Source: Phaeosaccion multiseriatum
Taxonomy: Eukaryota > Protista > Ochrophyta, other classes
Reading direction: 5' to 3'
Assembly: GCA_965112735.1 (NCBI GenBank)
Contig: OZ218959.1
Location: 2,852,001 to 2,916,000 of the forward strand
DNA length: 64,000 nt
This document shows, piece by piece, positions 41,101 through 53,344 of this stretch. A program made the translations under genes and the position numbers. Every line of letters begins with the position of its first letter. Position 1 is the stretch's first letter. The notes under the pieces were generated by a model. It made no database searches. It was not told the origin of the DNA and worked only from the letters and a program-made list of their open reading frames with translations.

Positions 41101-41900
41101 CTGGGTTTTGATCATCACCATAGTACCACACACGGAGTCAATCAAACGTATCACACCTGACCCTTGGTGGTACCCTATCCCCATGGGGTTCTGGAAAAAA
41201 TCCTTGTTGTTTTCCCGCCACCACCTGTCCGGCCAATGGTTGTGAGGATGAAGGCACACTTGGCCTGGCGTTCTTCGTCAGTCAGTAGCGATTGGTTGCT
41301 GGGTACGTCACGAGCGCCAGCGCTGTCTCGATAGAAAACTTGTTCTTGTTCTTCACAGCCTCCAAGGGAAATGGCTTCTTGTACCGCCTCTCGCACCTTT
41401 TCATCGGCGTCGTGCCGGCGCGCGAGGATGCAACGCATTCCAGCAAAGTGCCCGACCTCAAACAAGAACCAGTGTGTACATCGAAGACCTTATGCTCTTG
41501 ACGACGTGAACGAGATCGGCGATGACCTCAAAGTCCTGATCCTTCTGTGCAACGCACTGTCACAGCATGTTGAGACCCGCAGCTGTCATGCGAGACGAAT
41601 ATGACGTAAAGGCTCTTGCAGACTCGACCCCACCTCTTTCAGCTCGTGCACACACGCTGGGGTAGTCCTCAGCTCCACATGGTTCCACCCCACAGCTGCC
41701 GCACCCCCTATGGCAGTCACAAAGGTCCTGTGCGTCTTCCCAAGTCACATCCTCGCCTGCTTGCACTCTGGTCCACACGTCTTTCAAGCACCCCATGCAG
41801 ACGCGAAGGCATCTCAACATAGTCCTGATGTGGGCCAACTCCTCCCCGCCCCCCCCCCCCCTTCCCCATCGGAAGCCAAGCTAAACTCGCCCCTCCTCCA
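38113..41900 (-). mobile_element. Decayed, 5'-truncated DDE transposase-like polyprotein (DxxH type) with NHL-like propeller insert, BAH/Tudor-like domain and PHD finger
   Basis: Frameshift-joined reading: Cys-rich block, YVIFVSHDSCGSQ (D 41585-41587), EVIADLVHVVKSIR (DxxH 41517-41506), NHL-like blades (LMFMTDQGHNSIKAV, FAFSDTGGQCLRLLT), intron 39738-39551, VLTLNVETSF (E 39488-39490), YREGDVVFIK...FFLCQL, acidic linker, and PHD C..C...[33 protein letters not shown]. The region has many frameshifts and few microsatellites. Confidence 0.7.
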
Positions 41901-42203
41901 GTCGTCGCCATTTGCGGCATACGTACGCGTCAATGTAAAAACGTACGCGTTTGGAAAGGAACCAAAAAGGGAGCAAAGCTTGACACCTCACCAGAGTGAG
42001 GGGCAGTGAGTGGGAGAAGAGAGAAGAGAGAGCAAGAGAGCAAGACCCGCGTCAGTCCAGGCGAGGGAGAAGAGAGGGGGAGAGGAGACCAGCGAAAGTC
42101 CGAGCGAGAGTCGAGAGACAGGGAGATCAATCACTGACACGTAGCAGACGAGCGCGGAAGAGAGAGGGACACACACACACAGATATATAAGCTCAGCTAG
42201 AGT

Positions 42204-42554
42204 ATGCAATGCCCGCTGATAGGAGGAGCGCAAGTACTGGGAGACCAGAGCAGCGCCATGGTGCCTTGTCCGGACCCGCGGCTGGAGAAGGTTGGTGGAA
42301 GAAATCAGCAGGACCAGCACAACCAGCACAATCAGCACGAGGCTGCATCGCTGTTAGAAAGCAGTATGATCGTTGACATGGCAGTGGCCGCGGCGGAGGA
42401 AATGGCTGAGGCTGAAGCCTACGGCTTTACTCAGCAAGGCCTTCAGGACATGACTGCGCCCGCTTTGCCCGCGGGCTTCAGGCAGCAACAGCAGCTTGTC
42501 TACAGTCAACAGCAGCAACAGCAACATCAGCACCAGCAGCATCAGCAACAACAA

Positions 42555-42590
<36 letters not shown>

Positions 42591-43484
42591 ATGGTGGCGC
42601 AGATGCATCACCCTGCACTACCTACAGTCCCATGCAAGCGTGGCCATGGAGAGATGGATCGCGGACGGCTAGTCTCCACGGACCCCACGGACTCACAAAA
42701 ACGTCGCAAGCGGCTCGATCTAAACAAGAAAGCGGCCAAGGAGTCCAGAATGAGAAAGAAGATCCAGCTGGAAGAGCTTCAGAGGAGCGTCGTGGTGCTC
42801 AGGGCAGAGAACACGGAGCTGAGAGGGGAGAATGTGCTTCTTCAGATGATGCTGCAAGCCTCGAAGTCCGCGACGGAACAGGTCGCGAAAGACGCCGCGC
42901 CAGCCGCCTCAGGCTTGGACGAGGATGCCAGTGAGTGTGTTGTTGGTGTGCAAACGGGGCCCACCGCCGAGGTGAGCGGCAGCAGTGTCTGCGGCGGCGA
43001 CCCGCAGAAGAGGCAAATACGAAAAGAGGAGGAGGGGGCAAAGGGAGAGCAGCCGCCGCCGCCGCAGCCAGAGCAAATATTCTTAAATCAATTGCTTTTA
43101 AATACGATCGACGACGGCAGGAGCACTCGCAGCAATAGCAGCAGCAGCAGCAGCGGCAGTGGCAACACAACGGTTGTCAGCACCACCCTCAACAGCAGTA
43201 GGAGCAATAGTATCATCGACTCCGGCGGCAGGAGCAGTCGCTGCGACAGCAACAGCAGCCTGAGCACCATCGATGGCGGCGGCAGGAGCCTTCGCAGCGA
43301 TAGTAGCAGCAGCTTCAGCGCCATCGAATGCAGTGGCAGGAGCTTGCGCAGCGATAGCAGCAGCAGCATCAGCAGCGGCGACCACCGAGGCGCCAGCAGC
43401 ACTGTGGACATTAAACTCGAGTCTTGCTCCGATCTAGGGTACAACTTCTTGTTCAACGTGGATGAGGATGCGGGCTGCCTATGA
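42204..43484 (+). CDS. bZIP transcription factor (intronless ORF)
   Basis: RRKRLDLNKKAAKESRMRKKIQLEELQRSVVVLRAENTELRGENVLL; polyQ tract; 18-aa Ser-rich repeats. Confidence 0.85.
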
Positions 43485-44003
43485 TGGGGTGGTGTATACT
43501 TCACTTTGCAACACACACACACACACACACAAATCTGTATTGATTGTACATACGACTCGAGGCTGAAGTAGGAGACACATTAGTAGACTCGTACCTTTTC
43601 CTTTTTTTTACTGGACAAAGTACCCATTCATCCATTGTCCTGTCCTGCACGCGTCTTCGCCGCCGTGAAGCAGAGCATTCCCTTGACTCGGCTTCTCTTG
43701 TTCGCTTGTTCCAAAGGAGGTGAGGGATACAGGCAGAGATAGGATGACAAATGCAATTTGCGCCCAGTGGGGGACTTGGATCGGTCGGACGACGACGTGC
43801 CAATTCCTTTTTTTGCTTATTATTAGTATTAGTAGTGCACATAAGTAATTATCTGCAGCCTACAATCTAATTATTGTTACAGTTCTTGCACCGTGTCAAA
43901 TTCCCGGACTGAGCGGGGTGCAAGTCGTTCGTATTGGTGTGCCCACAGAGGGCCCTCAACTCAACGCAACGACGTGATCGTCTTTCAGTCCACCTCCAAG
44001 TAT

Positions 44004-44299
44004 TGTGCGCATGTGTTTGTGTGTGCTGGGTGCGTACTCCCAAGTAAGACCGGGGTCCGGTAGTGTTCGTCCGGCCCCTTTCAGCAACCAAAAATACATT
44101 TGGAGGTGGAAGGGTGGGCGTGGGAGTACCCCTCCCCCTAAACCCCCTCCTCTCCTCTCCTCCCTCCTCTCCCCTCTCTCCCGGCCAGACAAATCATGTG
44201 GTGTGTGTGTGCATGTGTTTGTGTGTGCTGGTACGTACTCCCAAGTAAGACCGGGGTCGGGTAGTGTTCGTCCGGCCCCTTTCAGCAACCAAAAATACA
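44004..44299. repeat. ~95-bp direct repeat (44004-44098 and 44206-44299)
   Basis: Near-identical copies of ...GTACTCCCAAGTAAGACCGGGGTC[C/G]GGTAGTGTTCGTCCGGCCCCTTTCAGCAACCAAAAATACA. Confidence 0.9.
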
Positions 44300-44421
44300 A
44301 TGCTTGGTAGGAGGTGGTGGGTGAGAGGGCAGTAAATGCCCCCCCGCCCCTTCCCTCTCTCCTCTCCTCCCCTCGCGAAGGCTCACACGACACTCGGGCT
44401 ACTGCTTCGCCACGCCGAGGC

Positions 44422-44804
44422 TCACGTTGGCACAGCTCGACCACCGTCTCCGCTGCTACCAAGCCTCTGACCCGCTTCAGCTCCAGCGCTGCCCCCCCTC
44501 CCTTCCTCGTACTCTTCTGCACCTGCCACTCTTGCGACTGCTCCTGGTGCGGCCCCCACTGTCGCAGTTGCTTTCCCCGTCCCGCCCTCTCCTCCTCCTC
44601 CTCCTCCTCCTCTTTGCAAGCTGAGCTGGTGTTGCAGGAGCTCGGGGGGTGGATAATTCATTGAAGCGAAATATTGGTGTGGGTCATGCAGTTGCTGCTG
44701 CGGCACAGCGTGGGGACGGGCATGTGTGTGGCACGCCCCCGCCACATAGACCGCTCCTCCTGCTCCTCCTGCTGCTGCTGCTCCTCCTCCTCCTCCTGCT
44801 CCTC

Positions 44805-44847
<43 letters not shown>

Positions 44848-45322
44848 TACTGCTGGTGCCCCATCCTCCGGGGATACCACTTGAGCGGCCACAAGCGTTT
44901 TCAGCACTTCGTTTTGCGCCCGGAGCTCCTCGTTCTCTCGAGTAAGTATCACCACACTGTGCTGCAAGTCGTCGAATTTCATCTTCTTTCGCCTTCTCGA
45001 TTCCTTGGCTGCGAGCCGATTCATCTCCAGGCGCTTCTTCCTTCTCTCCTCGACCATCTGAATATCTTCAGTAACCGCCTCCCCAGTCCCTCCGTCCTCC
45101 TCAGAGTGTACAGACGAAGAGAGAGGCGACCCCTGCCCCGACGCTTCTGCCCCCCCCACACCACTCGCACTCCCCTGTGGCATACCCTCTCCGAGGCTCT
45201 TTGGGGCCGAGATGTGGGTGGGATGAAGGGCCGCCGGAATGTGCTGAAGAAATTGTTGTTGTTGTTGCTGTTGTTGCTGTTGTTGTTGTTGTTGTTGTTG
45301 CTGTTGTTGTTGTTGTTGTTGC

Positions 45323-45353
<31 letters not shown>

Positions 45354-45358
45354 GCTGC

Positions 45359-45433
<75 letters not shown>

Positions 45434-45912
45434 ATGGGCTCAAAGGACATGCCCTGATGCAGGTACTGACTCTCCATCTCTCCTTCTCTTGTTCCCCCGC
45501 CCACCTCCAGAGGCAGAGGCACAGGTAGGGCCACGTGCTGCGAAGGCCCCGGCCTCAACACCACTGCCGACATGGACACGCCTGCCAGGGCTCTTACCGC
45601 TGCCACCGCTGCTGTTTCTCCAAGTGCGTCTGATGGTGGTGATGGCCGTGGGGCGGAGAAGTGGTGGTGGTGCTGCTGCTGCTGCTGCGGCTGCTCCAGA
45701 ATGGCGCCGAACTGCTGCTGTTCGAGCTGGTGCTGCTGGTGCTTCTGGTCCCGGAGCTCGGCCGAGCCGCTTCCCTTGAACGATGCGACGTTGCCTGTGG
45801 CTGCCACCAAGGAGGACGAGCGGTTGGCGGCGCGGGACTGAGAATCGGTGGATTCCGCGGTGGAGCACGAATCTGTGGACAAGTCGCTGGAAACGCTGGT
45901 CCTGATTTTCAT
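44422..45912 (-). CDS. bZIP transcription factor, paralogue of 42204-43484; both ends uncertain
   Basis: RRKKRLEMNRLAAKESRRRKKMKFDDLQHSVVILTRENEELRAQNEVL; ~60-residue polyQ. First ATG at 45912, frame open to 46188; possible splice donor at about 44425. Confidence 0.85.
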
Positions 45913-46777
45913 CGCGTCGTTGGACACGCTGGTGTCATAGAGATGCCCTCTTCCCACATGCACTGTTCGAGAGGTTCCTATAGTCCTTTCTGTACAGAAC
46001 GGCCTCGCCTCTGCCCCTCCTTCTTCCCCGACCTCCAACTCCGGAGCCCACCCTAGCGACTGAAAGCGCCTGAAATTGAGATATGGACAGGGAGGAGGTT
46101 GATGAGACGAAGGGAGAGGGGAGTTTTCGGGTTTGTCTCGAGGGGGAGGCCACACGCCACCAGAAAAGGTGCACCAGACAAAAGCCAATCAAGTCTGCCC
46201 ACCCCTCCTCCTCCGCAAGGCACGGGACCATTTCGACGCGCCTGAGACGCAGCTAGAGCCAAGCGTGGCAACGCTGCTGCTGCGGCTGCGGCTTGGGAAA
46301 ACTCTCGCGTCAAAAACAAACCGAAGAGAGTTTCTATGGTTTGCGCGGCTACGAAGTCGGGAACAAACGTCCTTCCGCAACAAGCTTAGATGCGGACATA
46401 ATGACATCCATCTTCTCCTCACCTTGTGTTGTGTGTGGGCGGCGGAAATAGTTGGCCTGTCAAAGAGACGAGAAAGGGAGGAAAGGGGAGGAGAAGAAGA
46501 AAGGAAACGGGGAAGGAGTCAGGGAAATTTCTTAGCCCCCTTTGGAGGTAGTGGAAAGGCGCTGGAGCGGGAGAGAGCGGGATTACATCTGTCCACCAAG
46601 CAATCACCTACGAAGAGAACTTTAGCATCGGCGCTGTGTGGATAGAGGGGAAAAAAATTCCTGGGTTGTTGGATGATTCACCACCCCCGGGGAAAGTCGG
46701 GCGATTTTTTCTTCCCACCCCCCCCTTTTTCATTTTTTAGGTGAGTGCACAGTATTTTTCTCCTCTCCTCTCCTCTA

Positions 46778-47502
46778 CTACATCCTCAAGTCAATCACCA
46801 CCACTGCGCTAGTGGAGAAGCAGGCGGCTATTCGGTCCTCTCGATGGTTCCACGCTACTTCAAAAATGTCTCCATCCCCCTGATAGCTCTTAACCAGGGT
46901 GCCGTCCTTCACACTCCAAATGTACAAATGGCCCGCGAAGCTCCCGCTCGCTAGATAGTCGCCAGAAGGGCTGGTCGCCGCCATGGTCATTGGTGTGATT
47001 GATTGAATGATTGAGGGGGGGGGGGGGGGCAGGCGAGGCGAGGCGAGGCGAGGAGGGAGTGTGTGTGTGTGTGTGTGTGCATGGCGTGAGATGAGGTGAG
47101 CAGAAGATGGGGGGGATGGGGTTGCTACTACTAGACCCAAAAAAGTCCTTCCTATCCCGCACTGGTGGATCGATACGGTGATGACGTGGATGGATGCCAA
47201 TGCTCAAAGCCAAGAAGGGACGGAAAGGCAGGAGGAAGGTAAGCCTATTCTCGGTCTCTGTCTCCACACCTCCCTTCCCCTTGTGCTTCTTCTCACCTAA
47301 ACGCAACGCTGTACACCGGATCCTCATGTCTTGACAGCGTCGACACCACAGAGCCCACATCCACATCCCACAGTTTCACTGTTGCGTCAAACGAGGCGCT
47401 GTGGTGCAGTAGTGCAGCAAAGGCGATGAGAGAGGAAGGGGGAGGGGAGGACAAGAAAGACGCAGGTAGATGTGTGGTGTTTGATCGCACACACACACAC
47501 AG

Positions 47503-47549
<47 letters not shown>

Positions 47550-48775
47550 GGGAGAGGGAGAGAGAGAAGAGACGAGAAAGGAGAAATGGTTAGTGAATAC
47601 GCAGTGAGGTAAGGCTATTCGGTATTCAACCCAAATGAAGACATACAAAAGTAATCAAAAGATAACACAAGATGGCGTAAGTCCACGCATTCATTCAGCA
47701 TACATGTACGTGTACTACCTGGCGAGCATGAGCTTCTTGTCTGGGTTGGGGGACCACTTGATGGTGTAGATCTCCTTCTTGTGCTCCTTGAGATCGTGCA
47801 CACACTTGGAGGTGGAGGGCTGCCAGATCTTGGCCGTGCTGTCGTCACTGCGCTCACCACACCACGCCGCATCATACCACACCACACCATACCACACCAT
47901 ACCACGAGGAGGGAAGAGGAGGGGAGGGAAGGGGGGGGGGGGGAGGGAGTGAGTGGAACATCGCCAAGACTTTCATTTCTGCAAGGCAGTGGTAGAGGAG
48001 GGGTTCAGCCGGAAATGACAAGCAACTTACACCCCTGGTGAACGTACACGGTGTACAAAGCAAGTCCCGTATGAAGTGTACATACACAGGAGCGCACACG
48101 GGCACGTGCTGAGGAAGGAAGGAAGGAAGGAAGGAAGGAGATGTGATCTGTCTGCGTACCTGCACGACGCCAACATCATCCCTGAGGGGTCCCACTTGAT
48201 GGCGTTGACCTAATTATGTCACGGAAGGAAGGATGCGGTAGAGTTAAAGAGCAGCGTATTTGGTACAAAAAACGTTTAGTAAATCGAAAACGAGCCAAGC
48301 GAAGAGAGAGATAGTAAGCCCACCGGGGAGAGGATCTAGTTCCGCGTTGCGCTTCGGCGCCTTCTCAGAGCCTTCTCTCCCTCCCTCCCTCCCCCCCCCT
48401 TCCCTTCCTACCTGCCTTCCCCCCTCCATCCCTCCCTCCCTCCCTGCCTCCCTCCCTCCCTCACCTCGTCCGTATGGCCCGTGAAGGTCTGCAGGGGGTA
48501 CTTCTCGCCCACTGCGAGTATGTGAATGTACTTGTCCGTGGAGCAAGTTGCAAAGGTAATGTCGTCTTTCCAATCCACGTCAAGGGTGGGGGCCTCGTGA
48601 AACTCAAATCGCTGCTTCACGTCCCCTGTTTGCGAGTCCCTGTTGTGTTGCGCATATGTGTGCACGTGCAGTGGCGGGAATCAACAAGAAGGGAGGGACG
48701 GATTGAGTGAGTGAGTGAGGGGGGGGGGGGGTTGGAGAAAGGGGAGGGACGAAGGGAGCGAGGGTAATTAGTCGC

Positions 48776-48812
<37 letters not shown>

Positions 48813-51800
48813 CAGTAGCAGCAGCAGGCACACTGCAAGGGACAAAGGAAAAAGAAGACACCCTCCCCCCCGCCTCACCATAAAGCAAAACTGAAACTTA
48901 CCAAACGATGGCGGTCTTGTCTGAGCTGCCGCTGAGGAGGTAATTGCCTTGTGCGTTCCACTTGAGGGAGAATATGGGCCCCTCGTGCGCTTCGAGCTCG
49001 TGCTGAAGCTTGCCCTGCACATTGCAGACGGACAATGCCGAAAGAGAAAGAGAGTGAGTGAGTGAGTGAGTGAGTGAGAAGGGAAGGGAGAGCAGCAAAG
49101 ACTGGGGAGGGGAGAGTGGTCAAGTGCATTTGCACACGTGTATGTATGCCCTACGTCCGTGTTCATCCATCTCTCCACAGTTCCTCCACATTCCCACCAC
49201 AGTAGACAGTTCACTTGTCTCGCTCTCGCCTCTCCCACGGACATCCATAGTACGTACCTCCTTGCCCCATATCCTTGCCACACCATCGTAAGACCCCGTG
49301 GCCAGCAAGCTCCCCTCTCTATTCCACTCGAGCGTGGTTACGTCCTTGTTCTTGTCGCCGATCTCAGAGCTGAGGATGATGAAGTGGGAGAGGGGGGAAG
49401 GGAGGGTGGGAGGGAGACGGGGGGGGAAGGAAGTAGCGTGTGGGTAAAGGCAGGGGCCAGACCTCTACACGCACTCACACAGATAGCCACACCCACACCC
49501 AAAGCCGACGTCTATCGAAAATCGATGTCGAATGTGAATGTATCCCCTCTCCTCATTCCTCACCTATGCCGCAGCACCACGCTGTTTTGGCTCGCAAAGC
49601 TCTCCACCTGAGAGCCCCGCATATCCGGTGGTATCTCCCAAATGCGTGCCGTGCTGTCGCCGCTGCCTGAGGCAAGGAGGTCGCAGCGGGGGTTCCATGC
49701 ACACATGAACACCTCGCTGCTGTGATTGGCGAGCACTGCCACCTGAGCTAGGCTAATCTCCTTCTCGTCTCTCGGTGCGGATGATGTCTGGCCGTCCTGG
49801 AGGGGGTGGAGGAGAGAGACGAAAGGGGTTACGGGGGGGGGGGGGGAGGCAGGAGGAGAGACAGAAGGGGGGGGAGGACAGACAGACGGACAGACAGACA
49901 GACAAGACAGACAGACAAGACAGACAAGACGGACAGACAGAACAGACAGCGGACAGACAGAACGACAGACAAGACGGATAGACAGACAGACAGACAGAAA
50001 GACAGACAAGACGGACCGGCAGAAAGACAGACAAGACGGATAGACAGACGGACAGACAGAAAGACAGACAAGATGGATAGACAGACGGACCGGCAGAAAG
50101 ACAGACAAGACGGATAGACAGACGGACCGGCAGAAAGACAGACAAGAGGATAGACAGACGGACCGGCAGAAAGACAGAAGAGACACACAGACAGAAAGAC
50201 AGACAAGACGGATAGACAGACAGACAGACAGAAAGACAGACAAGATGGATAGACAGACGGACCGGCAGAAAGACAGACAAGACGGATAGACAGACGGACC
50301 GGCAGAAAGACAGACAAGGCGGATAGACAGACGGACAGACAGAAAGACAGACAAGACGGATAGACAGACGGACAGACAGAAAGACAGAAGAGACACACAG
50401 ACAGAAAGACAGACAAGACGGACGATAGACGGACAGGGATGATCATCAACCCTCGCACTTCAGCCAAACACTTCAGCCAAACAAACGGACAACACGTACC
50501 GCAGCTACCTTGTCCTTGCCGCTTTGCCCGCCAGCGTCCCCGTTGCTACCCCCGTCCACATCCATAGCACTGGCATTGGCGCCTGATGCGCTCCCCTCCT
50601 CCCCACCCGCCTTCTCTGCTGCTGCCGCCGCCGCTGCTGCAGCTGCTGCGGTGGCTTTGCTATCGCTGTTGCCGTTACTACTACTCGCCAAGAGAGTGGA
50701 AAGAGAGCGACAAGGGGAGAAAGGTGAACACCCATCCGAAATGGGCCCAATAAAGGAGGCATATGGGCCCGAAGACAACAGAATATGTATGGCTCAAAGG
50801 AAAGTGGAAGAGCTTCAGTGCCTTCACCAAAAACGCGCCCACACACTCACACACATATACATACGTATGTGTACACAGGAGTGTCACACATGCCATGCGA
50901 CGTCGAAGGCCAAGTCGGAAACCGATGAGAACCCCCCCCCCCCCACTTTGGATTCGCTTACCTGCTGTTGTCGTTATTGCTACTACTATTATTGTTGCTG
51001 CTACTGCCCTTCTTCCCTCGTTTGCTCCCCCCCCCCCGACTACTCTTCTCCGACGTTGAAGACGCCTGCACAAGCACATGAGTCAAGAGAGAGAGAGAGG
51101 GAGTGAGTGAGAGTGAAGAGAAAAGTCAATGAGATCCGGACAGAGAGAGGCAAAAATGAGACGAGGGAACGAGACAGAGAGCGAGCGCGGAGAGAGAGAG
51201 GGAGAGAGACAGCAATCTCGAGCCATAGACAGTCAGTCCGTCGATCAGGCCAAGCCAACTGGACAGGGAGTAGTGAGAAAAGGAGAGTGAAAGAAGTTGA
51301 TCACTCAAGCACAATCAATACACACATGATATACACAAGAAACAGGAGAGATGAGTCGGTCACTCCCTCCCTCCTTTTCATACCTGACAAACGTGGGCAG
51401 TGAGCAGGGAAAACTCGGACTCGCATTGCCGCTCCGTGCCGTCCTCATTCAAATGCTCCTCTATCCCCACGTACTGAGGTAAACAGAGGGGTTGACAGAC
51501 GCAAGCGCAAATGCTCAGGCGTGAGGTGAGCACGTGTGCGTGTGAGCGAATAAGCAAGTCCAGAGAAAGATGAGGAGGAGAGTGAGGGAGTGAGGGAGTG
51601 AGTGGTAAGTGGTACGTGTATATCTATATATATACCTGCAGTCCCTTCTGCAGGAAGGTGATGAGTGCCCCTGGAGGCACATCGGCGTTGGCGACACCGC
51701 TTTTGGTAATCAGAGACTCGTAGGCAAAGGTGAAGGCCGAGTGTGTGAAGCCTATTCGTCGCCGCAAAGAGAGGGAGAGGGAGAGAGGGAGAGAGAGAGG

Positions 51801-52192
51801 ACACGGTAAGGAAGACATGAAGACACAGCACGACATATGAGGTTCAGCATCATCGGTCAGCCGAGACACAGAGATAGCACGGGCCAAGCACTGGTGCGTA
51901 CGGCTTCTCAAGAAGCATAGGCAGCGAGGAATGCGACAAAAGAGACCTCCAGATCAAGAGAGTAGGCAGAAGAAGGACAGCGGACGACGACAGGTGCATA
52001 CTGTGCTCAACTGCTCTACCGCTCAGCCCTCCTGCTCGCGCAGCCCGCCCGCCAGGCCTGTCGCACTTGATCATACGATTACCAGCCTGGCAAGCACACC
52101 CTGCTAGGATAGTGACCCTCTCCTTCTTACTCACCCGACTCTTGCAGGTATCTGTACACGAGGTAGTTGACCTCCTCGGCAGATATCGCCAT
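46778..52192 (-). CDS. TBL1: TBL1/TBL1XR1-like LisH + WD40 co-repressor subunit
   Basis: [19 protein letters not shown]|GFTHSAFTF...[15 protein letters not shown]; [96 protein letters not shown]; ends VIDLRM*. Confidence 0.95.
49861..50435. repeat. Degenerate (GACA)n-based minisatellite in a TBL1 intron
   Basis: Recurring ~35-43-bp units such as GACAAGACGGATAGACAGACGGACCGGCAGAAAGACA. Confidence 0.9.
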
Positions 52193-53135
52193 GGCTGCCC
52201 TCTGCTCTCACCCACTCACTCCCACGCAAAGACGAACGGCCCCAGGGGCCCAGAGGCAGGGCAAACCTCCGCCGCCGCGATACCCTGCTCTCGGTTGGCG
52301 GTCTCCTGGCCTCCAATCGCCTGTGATTGAGCCTTCAACCCTTGCGGCGTACTTCGGCTGCTGCGCTGCTCCTACTTCTGCTGCTGCTGGCTGCCCACGG
52401 CCCGAGTGCCTTGTTAGCTGCTTGGGGTTGGTGTATGCAAGGTCCGCGGAAAGACGGCCTCAGTAGGCATGTGCGGCGGCCCCGCGCATCACAGCGCTAG
52501 TCTCTTCCTGGGGAGACGAATGGAAAGGCGTCCTCTCTGCCCCAGTATGGAGGAGGGGGGGGGGGGCGAGAGAAGATGTGGCTCCGGTAAATAATCAGCT
52601 TGGCGCCCTCTGGGCACGACTGGTTTTCCTGGTGAAATCAGGCAGGGGATGTAGCAATAACAGAGGCACAACGCGAGGAAGCAGCGAAAGCAGAGGGGAG
52701 GGGGTTGGGGAGAAGACACGGAGGGTCGACCAACCAAAGTGTGCGCAGTTGGACACGAAAAGGCCATCCCCACCAGTGGCAAGATCCACGCCTATCAATA
52801 ATGACTCACGTGCGGGGGCTTATTCTTCGCTGTCTGAAGAGCGAGCAGGGCAGTGAGGAAAGGGGGGGGGGGGGGCGATGATCTTCTGGGCCGATGGGGA
52901 GGCTAAAGGTGGAAGAAAACAAACCAGAATTACAAGGGCGCCCACAGACTTGCTGACGCAAGTAATACAATGACAATAAACCTGTTAATCACCACTCTCT
53001 CTTTACTACAGGGACAACTTATCAACAATCTTCTCCCTCTACTAGCCTCCCCCCTGGGAATCCTATAATCCTGCGGGCAAGATCCACCCCTGCCCCTCCC
53101 TGCCCCACATCGAAGCACTTTGGGAAACGGGGCAC

Positions 53136-53309
53136 ATGAAGCTTGTTGGAACAACGGGGGCAGCGACGGCAGCCATCGCGCTGCTGGTCCTGCAGCAGCA
53201 GCAGGAGCATCAGTTCGCGGGTGCCGCCCTCCTCTCTCCTACGCTCCTTCCAAGAGTGTGGAGTGGTGGCAGCCGTCAACCAAACCCCAGCAGGCAAAGG
53301 ACGCAAGCG

Positions 53310-53344
<35 letters not shown>

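Noticed and set aside
38113-41900. Endogenous giant-virus or retroelement origin of the atypical region
   Set aside because: No RT, integrase, capsid, polymerase or LTR features were seen; it is a single reading frame with a spliceosomal intron and DxxH...E motifs.
41921-41950. 10-bp direct repeat ACGTACGCGT at the element's broken end as a TSD
   Set aside because: The copies are only 10 bp apart and there is no counterpart at the other end of the element.
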